A stretch of DNA of 32,000 bases, taken from the NCBI GenBank assembly GCA_016933055.1, contig JAFGBS010000004.1, positions 394,972 through 426,971 on the forward strand, given 5' to 3'. The stretch's first letter is position 1. Every line of letters begins with the position of its first letter. Source of the stretch: Promethearchaeota archaeon. GTDB taxonomy: Archaea > Asgardarchaeota > Lokiarchaeia > Sigyniarchaeales > Promethearchaeaceae. Below, in pieces: positions 26,585 to 32,000 of the stretch. Both the position numbers and the translations under genes were made by a program. A model generated the notes under the pieces. The model did not search any database and was not told the origin of the DNA. It saw nothing but the letters and a program-made list of their open reading frames with translations.

Positions 26585-27532
26585 TTAAACCTCCGAAAGT
26601 CGGGTTACGAGATACATGCAAAATCCGAATAATGCAATTGGAATGATTCCGAATAACAAAAAGAGCTTCCATCCTTGCGGAAATAGGATAATTTGGGATA
26701 GAAAAATTCCGCCTAAGACTATCATCAACATTCCCGTAAGCAATAGGTAGAATCGTAACGATCTTCGTCGAATGAGTTCGGCTTCCGGAAGTATCGGTAG
26801 ACTTACATCGAATGCCCCCATTAGAGATTTTTTCATTTCCTCCAGTTCCAACGTTCGTTCAATCAATTTCGTGATATTAGTGTTTTCGTGTTGAATTTGC
26901 GCCGCTTCATCGTTGAATTTCGATTCTATGTATTCTTTGAGAATAGGAGAAACGGATCGGGGAATAGAAACGGTGGCCGTTCTAAAAGGGTTTAATTTTC
27001 TACGTAGCGTGTTGCTTTTTTGGAATTCAGTAACATAGCGCACGAGAGGTTGCATATAGTGGAGATTCCTTGCTAATGGGGAGTGTCGATCGTGGCGTTG
27101 AATATTTTCGCGTAGTTTTTCTCGGTATTCCGTGCTCAGATAGCGGGGATCAAAGTCTTGCAGTTGATAATACAAATCCATTATGTGGCAAATATTCGCT
27201 TTGAGGAGTTTCTGCGTGGGTTTTGCATTCGTAATGGGTGAATCGAACAGTACCTCAACTTTTATGAGTTGCTCGACTTTTGACTCTAAAACTGTGATTC
27301 CAATTTCTTGTTTCAGCATACTGGAAAAGATAGACAACAGGTCGCTTGTGTGCATATCGCTTGGGAGTTCATGATGTGTCGATTTCAAGAACGATGCGGT
27401 GCGGATTCGTATTAAATTAAGGAATATCCTTAGGATCTCCATGAGTTTCTTCTCTTTTTTAAGGTTGAGTATTAAGGTGGGCAATTCCACTTCGGGCAGT
27501 TCAGTTTGCACGTTTTCGTTCATCTTCTTCAC
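26585..27532 (-). CDS. Helical/coiled-coil protein with two C-terminal TM helices
   Basis: 315-aa ORF; 4-nt overlap with the upstream gene; 3 nt from the downstream gene. Confidence 0.78.
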   Translation of the reverse strand: MKKMNENVQTELPEVELPTLILNLKKEKKLMEILRIFLNLIRIRTASFLKSTHHELPSDMHTSDLLSIFSSMLKQEIGITVLESKVEQLIKVEVLFDSPITNAKPTQKLLKANICHIMDLYYQLQDFDPRYLSTEYREKLRENIQRHDRHSPLARNLHYMQPLVRYVTEFQKSNTLRRKLNPFRTATVSIPRSVSPILKEYIESKFNDEAAQIQHENTNITKLIERTLELEEMKKSLMGAFDVSLPILPEAELIRRRSLRFYLLLTGMLMIVLGGIFLSQIILFPQGWKLFLLFGIIPIALFGFCMYLVTRLSEV

Positions 27533-27861
27533 CTCTCAAATGCTTTCCGCAATTGTTTATGTTCTTGGGAATAATATACCATTTCGTCATTCTGAGCAGA
27601 CTCGGGATGATTCATTCTTTCCATTTTCATTAATTCCAATACCAATAGAGTTGCATTGGAGTTCTCCACGGATTCTGCTCTATTCGCTCTGAAACGTGTG
27701 CTGCGATATTGATGTGTAGTAACTAAAGAACCCCCTTTTATTCTGTTGTAGATGAGTATCTCAATTAATAAGAACACGATTCCCGCAAGAAGGTTTGCAT
27801 GGAAGATTGAATAATTGAGGAAAAAAACAAAAAACCAGATGCACATACGAATAAAGTTCAT
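27529..27861 (-). CDS. Small membrane protein (two N-terminal TM plus soluble tail)
   Basis: 4-nt overlaps with neighbours on both sides. Confidence 0.7.
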   Translation of the reverse strand: MNFIRMCIWFFVFFLNYSIFHANLLAGIVFLLIEILIYNRIKGGSLVTTHQYRSTRFRANRAESVENSNATLLVLELMKMERMNHPESAQNDEMVYYSQEHKQLRKAFER

Positions 27862-28532
27862 ACCGATTTCTCCTCCTCTTGTTGTGCGTATAATGATAAG
27901 TATTTGTCTTCCATTTTCTGCACATCGACGAAGTGAGGATTCAATACTTCTTTTTCGGATGATCGAAGACTAGAGAGTTTGGGGAGGGTCAAGATTGTCG
28001 ATAGATCCATTTTGCTTATGGGGACAAACAGGAAAGTAGTGGCAAGAAGGCATAATCCGCATCCACAGGATAAGGAATAGGTTTTGGTGAGAGAAATGGC
28101 ACCGTTTACCATCTGAATTTGCAAATAGGGGATATAGAGCCGAAATATCACGCAAGAAATCAAGAACATCCATTGTAACGCAACCGAAATCACGGGACCA
28201 CATAGCATAAACATTTGGATGGAAATTTCTTGATTATGGGTAGGATCCCTCTTGATTAAGAATACCAAAGCTAAGGATATTCCAACTCCAAAATAGAACG
28301 CATTCATAATAGCAAATATTATGGCGGATCTGAATAGGGGGAGATCTGCTATTAGGGGTTGGATGACATGGATTGGTTTCCATTGCTCAAATAAATAAAA
28401 ATTCCATCCCGACTGTGAGGTGTCCGTAGTAATTTTGTAGGTATACCACGGCAAAAACAGGGATACAACTTGAATACAGCACCCTACAACATATACTACG
28501 GAAATTTTTTGGAGTTTCGTTAGTTGGTTCAT
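27858..28532 (-). CDS. Membrane protein (about 4 TM)
   Basis: SLFLPWY after TM1, further hydrophobic helices; part of the operon. Confidence 0.75.
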   Translation of the reverse strand: MNQLTKLQKISVVYVVGCCIQVVSLFLPWYTYKITTDTSQSGWNFYLFEQWKPIHVIQPLIADLPLFRSAIIFAIMNAFYFGVGISLALVFLIKRDPTHNQEISIQMFMLCGPVISVALQWMFLISCVIFRLYIPYLQIQMVNGAISLTKTYSLSCGCGLCLLATTFLFVPISKMDLSTILTLPKLSSLRSSEKEVLNPHFVDVQKMEDKYLSLYAQQEEEKSV

Positions 28533-28589
28533 AGAAGTGACCCTTCCTCTTCCTTTATAAAACCAAAAATGAAATCAAATCAGGGATTT

Positions 28590-28829
28590 TTATTTCGAAA
28601 AAGGGGTTCCGCTGAAGAGTCCCTTAGGTTGATAAAGATACAGAAAGAGGAAGATAAGAGCACTTCCGAGCATGGTGGAAAACAGAAATACATCCATTCG
28701 CTTATGTTTGCCGAACGCATTTGCGATTCCTACTACCACAAGAAGTGTACCTATGATGAGAGAAGCCCAAGTTAAGATCCCCATCGTATTGCCTAATACA
28801 CTCGCTAACCAATCTCGTAATCCTGACAT
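28590..28829 (-). CDS. Small two-TM protein, VirB2/TrbC pilin-like pattern
   Basis: 79 aa; LLVVVGIANAFG, short basic loop, MLGSALIF. Confidence 0.6.
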   Translation of the reverse strand: MSGLRDWLASVLGNTMGILTWASLIIGTLLVVVGIANAFGKHKRMDVFLFSTMLGSALIFLFLYLYQPKGLFSGTPFSK

Positions 28830-29061
28830 ACCATAGCAAAAATTCTAACTCTATTTAAAACCGAAAATTACCGAAAATTGTTTGGGGGGCGAGTAAATTT
28901 CGAAAACCTGTCATGAATAGGAACATTTACAAGGCTATCTAAATCCAAAAAAAAATTCTTTTATTTCAAGTTTTCATCTGATTACCACAGGTTTCACAAA
29001 ATTTCATATCTGCATCTTTTTTCATACCGCATGCAGAACAGAAAATTCCTATTCCCCTCCC

Positions 29062-29799
29062 TTATTGAGAAGGTTGATTTTGTTTTTGATTTTTCTCTTC
29101 TCTAATATTCAATATTATTTCTGCCGTAAAAAGTGAAATGAACACGAAAGGAAGAATATACCAATACGGATTTCCCAGATTTAATTTGACCTCCCCCCAA
29201 TTTTCCGGTTTTGGATATGAAAAATGTTGCATCTCGCTCGAATTTACGGAAAAGTTATATTCATATTGAGAAATCCATTGAGAGTTGCCAAATTTGAATA
29301 TATAGAACCCATCCGGTAAAAATTGATTATCATAGGGTTCGGAATTGTTTATAGAGATGAATCCTGTCCAATTAAATTCGTGAACTCCCGGAAAAAAACT
29401 CCTAGATGATAGAAATAATACACCGGCGTCATTTTGACTAATACCATACTCCTGTATTTGATGTGTACTATTTTCTAACTGAGTGATTGTATAGGGAAAC
29501 CCGAAACCACCATAAGAAGAACGAAAGTTAACCCGAAATGGACCTGGATTCCAAATTTCTAGTTCGATATTGAAAGATATATCTGATCCATATTCTCCCC
29601 CATAAATTTTCTCGATAAATGTCACATCTGTAATCCAAGATGAGAAATGATTATCATTATCTAAATCAATCCATGGAATAAGCAGTCCAATATAAGGGGA
29701 TCCCAAGATTAAGGCGATGATGATTACATAAGCTATGATAAACTTCTTTCTTCGAAAAAGTGGGAATTTCATAATCCTTAGAATATATTTATTGTGCAA
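29062..29799 (-). CDS. Membrane-anchored hypothetical protein
   Basis: N- and C-terminal TM helices around an extracellular beta-rich domain; likely start ATG 29772. Confidence 0.72.
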   Translation of the reverse strand: MHNKYILRIMKFPLFRRKKFIIAYVIIIALILGSPYIGLLIPWIDLDNDNHFSSWITDVTFIEKIYGGEYGSDISFNIELEIWNPGPFRVNFRSSYGGFGFPYTITQLENSTHQIQEYGISQNDAGVLFLSSRSFFPGVHEFNWTGFISINNSEPYDNQFLPDGFYIFKFGNSQWISQYEYNFSVNSSEMQHFSYPKPENWGEVKLNLGNPYWYILPFVFISLFTAEIILNIREEKNQKQNQPSQ

Positions 29800-29982
29800 A
29801 TTTTAACTTTTGGGAGATTTTGATGGTCCCAATCAAGATGAGGTTAATTTTTTAAGATTGAACGAACTGAGATCGTTCATTTATCAAATTCCGCTCTTTC
29901 TGCACTTTTCTACATCATTTTTGCCTTTAAATAGATTCACCACTGGAGTCTTTCAAGTTTAGTAGTATTGAGAGGAATCATC

Positions 29983-31227
29983 ATGCAAAGTACGCAAGAA
30001 TTTACCGTGCAAAAAATTGATACGAGTCCGTTTTCTTTTCCCGCCGAAAGGAGGTTACCGCTCGGATTGGATGAATTTTTAGCCATGTGGGAACACCTCG
30101 GTCGCAAAAATAAATTCATCGCTACGGAGAAATTTGAGAAATCGCAACTTTCTTTTGCCGAACCCCATGATGCCCGTGCAATCGTGAAATGCCATAACAA
30201 GGCGTATTATGGGTTGTATCCTTACCACGAGATGCTCGATGTGGAGTATGTCGAGAAATTTGTGGAAGATCGGGAAAGTAATTTAGTTGGGCTCTATTCC
30301 CATGAGGATACAGGCGAAACAGCGGGTTGCGGTATAATGAATTGCCGCCCCGAAGACCGAATTGGCTATCTAAGAGGTCTCATTGTAATTCCGGAATTCC
30401 AAGGCAAGATTGATATGAAGAAAATCTGCTGTGAGAATGCGGCATTGGGCTACCAACACTTTTGGAACACGGTGGATAAATGGTATACTGAGACCCGAAC
30501 GGCGCACTCGAAAGCACAGTTTTTGGTAGAGTATATCAGTTTAAGACCGTGCGGGATTTTACCGAATAAGGATGTGTTCGTGGGCCAAGGAATACGCGAA
30601 TCGGATGTGTTAGAAATTACCTATCCTAACCGAACGCTGTATGAACTACGAAATAAATTTCCCCAATTATTGCCGGAATTGCGTCCACTGTATGATTTTA
30701 TCGCGCATCAGTTCAATTTGCCCGATGGTGAATTTACGGAATCTCAAATCGAGGTGGATACTACTTTTCGCACCTGGGCACGTAAATTATCGGAAGATGT
30801 AACTATATTCAAAACTAAGAACTGTTTGAACACGTGCACGTATCGATTGGAACTAAATAATTCATATATGGAATTCATGGTAACGGACATGATTCAGAGT
30901 GCCGAGAGAACCGATTTGCATGCAGTAAATGCTGATGAACTCGCAGGATTATTGATTCGATTTTGGGAATTAATGGACGAAGAAGACATTCAGTATTTCG
31001 AGTATTACTCGCCTGCAACGAACGTGGAATATCAGCGAGTATTTTCCGCATTGGGATTCAAGGTATTTGCCTATGCACCCGCGTGGAAACCGAATGTTAA
31101 AGGAACTTTAGATGATTGCATTGTGTTTGGATATTCGGTAGAACCGCTGAATCCCAAGCAATTGCATTTATCCGAATCTGGAAAGAGATTATGGCAAATT
31201 CTGAAATACTATATTCTTCAAAACTGA
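29983..31227 (+). CDS. GNAT-fold domain protein with long C-terminal extension
   Basis: GYLRGLIVIPEFQGK motif A; GAGGA upstream of ATG 29983. Confidence 0.7.
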   Translation: MQSTQEFTVQKIDTSPFSFPAERRLPLGLDEFLAMWEHLGRKNKFIATEKFEKSQLSFAEPHDARAIVKCHNKAYYGLYPYHEMLDVEYVEKFVEDRESNLVGLYSHEDTGETAGCGIMNCRPEDRIGYLRGLIVIPEFQGKIDMKKICCENAALGYQHFWNTVDKWYTETRTAHSKAQFLVEYISLRPCGILPNKDVFVGQGIRESDVLEITYPNRTLYELRNKFPQLLPELRPLYDFIAHQFNLPDGEFTESQIEVDTTFRTWARKLSEDVTIFKTKNCLNTCTYRLELNNSYMEFMVTDMIQSAERTDLHAVNADELAGLLIRFWELMDEEDIQYFEYYSPATNVEYQRVFSALGFKVFAYAPAWKPNVKGTLDDCIVFGYSVEPLNPKQLHLSESGKRLWQILKYYILQN

Positions 31228-31398
31228 AACAATTGTAAAAATTTCGTTGATGTATAGAGGATCCCCTAGGTCATGGGCTAGTTTAACCTATAAACTCTTA
31301 TGTTGCACACACTAATGCAATTTCTATATTAAGTTTATTATAAACTGTACTTTTTTAACTGTTTAATACAAAATACTATGTGGAGAGGAGGGGATCAT

Positions 31399-31698
31399 AT
31401 GACAGATTTAATATCAGAATTATCTCAGTATTCCGTACCAAATTTGAAAAAAATGATTAAAAGTAAATCCATTGGGGGATACAGCAAGCTAAAATCCAAT
31501 GGTTTAATTCAATTACTTATTGATAATGTGCCTCGATCAGAATTACAAACACTAATGAATAACTATCCCAAGAAATCAACTGGTAGGAAAATTTCGGGGG
31601 CATCGAGCAAATCCTCCTCTACTAAGCTCAAAATTCAAGCATTAGAGGATCAAATCAAGCATCTATTTTTTCAAATCACAACAAATGTGATCATATGA
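31399..31698 (+). CDS. Small Rho_N/HeH-like nucleic-acid-binding protein
   Basis: LSQYSVPNLKKMIKSKSIGGYSKLKSNGLIQLL resembles the Rho N-terminal helix-extended-helix; GGAGG upstream. Confidence 0.6.
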   Translation: MTDLISELSQYSVPNLKKMIKSKSIGGYSKLKSNGLIQLLIDNVPRSELQTLMNNYPKKSTGRKISGASSKSSSTKLKIQALEDQIKHLFFQITTNVII

Positions 31699-31740
31699 AG
31701 CAAAGTAACATTTCGGGGAAATAATATAAATCTATACCCT

Positions 31741-32000
31741 TTAATGGTTTTGTAATTTATCTCTTGTACTTTCTATCCAATCCATTGTCTTCTTCAAATA
31801 TTTTGGATAAATACCTAAAGAACTTAATATTTCTACACAATTCTCGAAATTGGATAATGCTTGTGCATATTTTTCTTGTTTAAACAAGAGCAAACCGATG
31901 TTGTTGAGATCTCTAGCTTTCCCTTGGAGGTCTCCCAGTTGTTCATCGATAGCAAGGGCTTCCTTATAATAGCGCATTGCCTCGTCCAATTGATCCTTCT
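31741..32000 (-). CDS. TPR-repeat protein, 3' part (continues beyond the window)
   Basis: LDEAMRYYKEALAIDEQLGDLQGKARDLNNIGLL TPR repeat; the frame is open to the window edge. Confidence 0.85.
   Translation of the reverse strand, partial: KDQLDEAMRYYKEALAIDEQLGDLQGKARDLNNIGLLLFKQEKYAQALSNFENCVEILSSLGIYPKYLKKTMDWIESTRDKLQNH

Noticed and set aside
323-30200. Short antisense or overlapping track ORFs (e.g. 323, 2534, 2859, 4899, 6902, 7087, 8418, 13510, 16419, 18458, 19454, 20605, 20721, 20887, 22459, 22952, 23318, 23830, 24553, 25716, 27183, 27399, 27970, 28524, 29937)
   Set aside because: They are shadows or alternative frames of well-supported genes, with no independent motifs.

Overview
AT-rich window, most likely from an Asgard archaeon (Lokiarchaeia). 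The basis is a Loki-CTERM-type (I/V)PG(Y/F)-TM-basic sorting tail, archaeal TATA boxes ~25 nt before apparently leaderless starts, and many membrane-anchored hypothetical proteins. It is an accessory region. Intact genes: two GNATs, a C45 peptidase, an RNase Z-like hydrolase, an AbrB-PIN toxin-antitoxin pair, an MFS transporter, an isolated rnfD-rnfC pair, an M23 peptidase, a DUF285 surface protein, an orphan barstar, a five-gene membrane operon, a small Rho_N-like protein and a partial TPR gene. Short decayed gene fragments lie between them. Best leads: (1) a retron-type reverse transcriptase with an N-terminal transmembrane helix and ~170-aa extension, no separate effector gene, and an msr/msd-like element directly downstream of its stop codon; (2) a ~680-nt densely base-paired non-coding region (about 5710-6385) with a 17-bp long-range helix and a possible pseudoknot; (3) a membrane-anchored protein made of three tandem phage tail-collar/HxH units, lying between two copies of a ~665-bp duplication that each carry a conserved 21-aa leader ORF. 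All structures and homologies were read by eye; no searches or folding programs were run.
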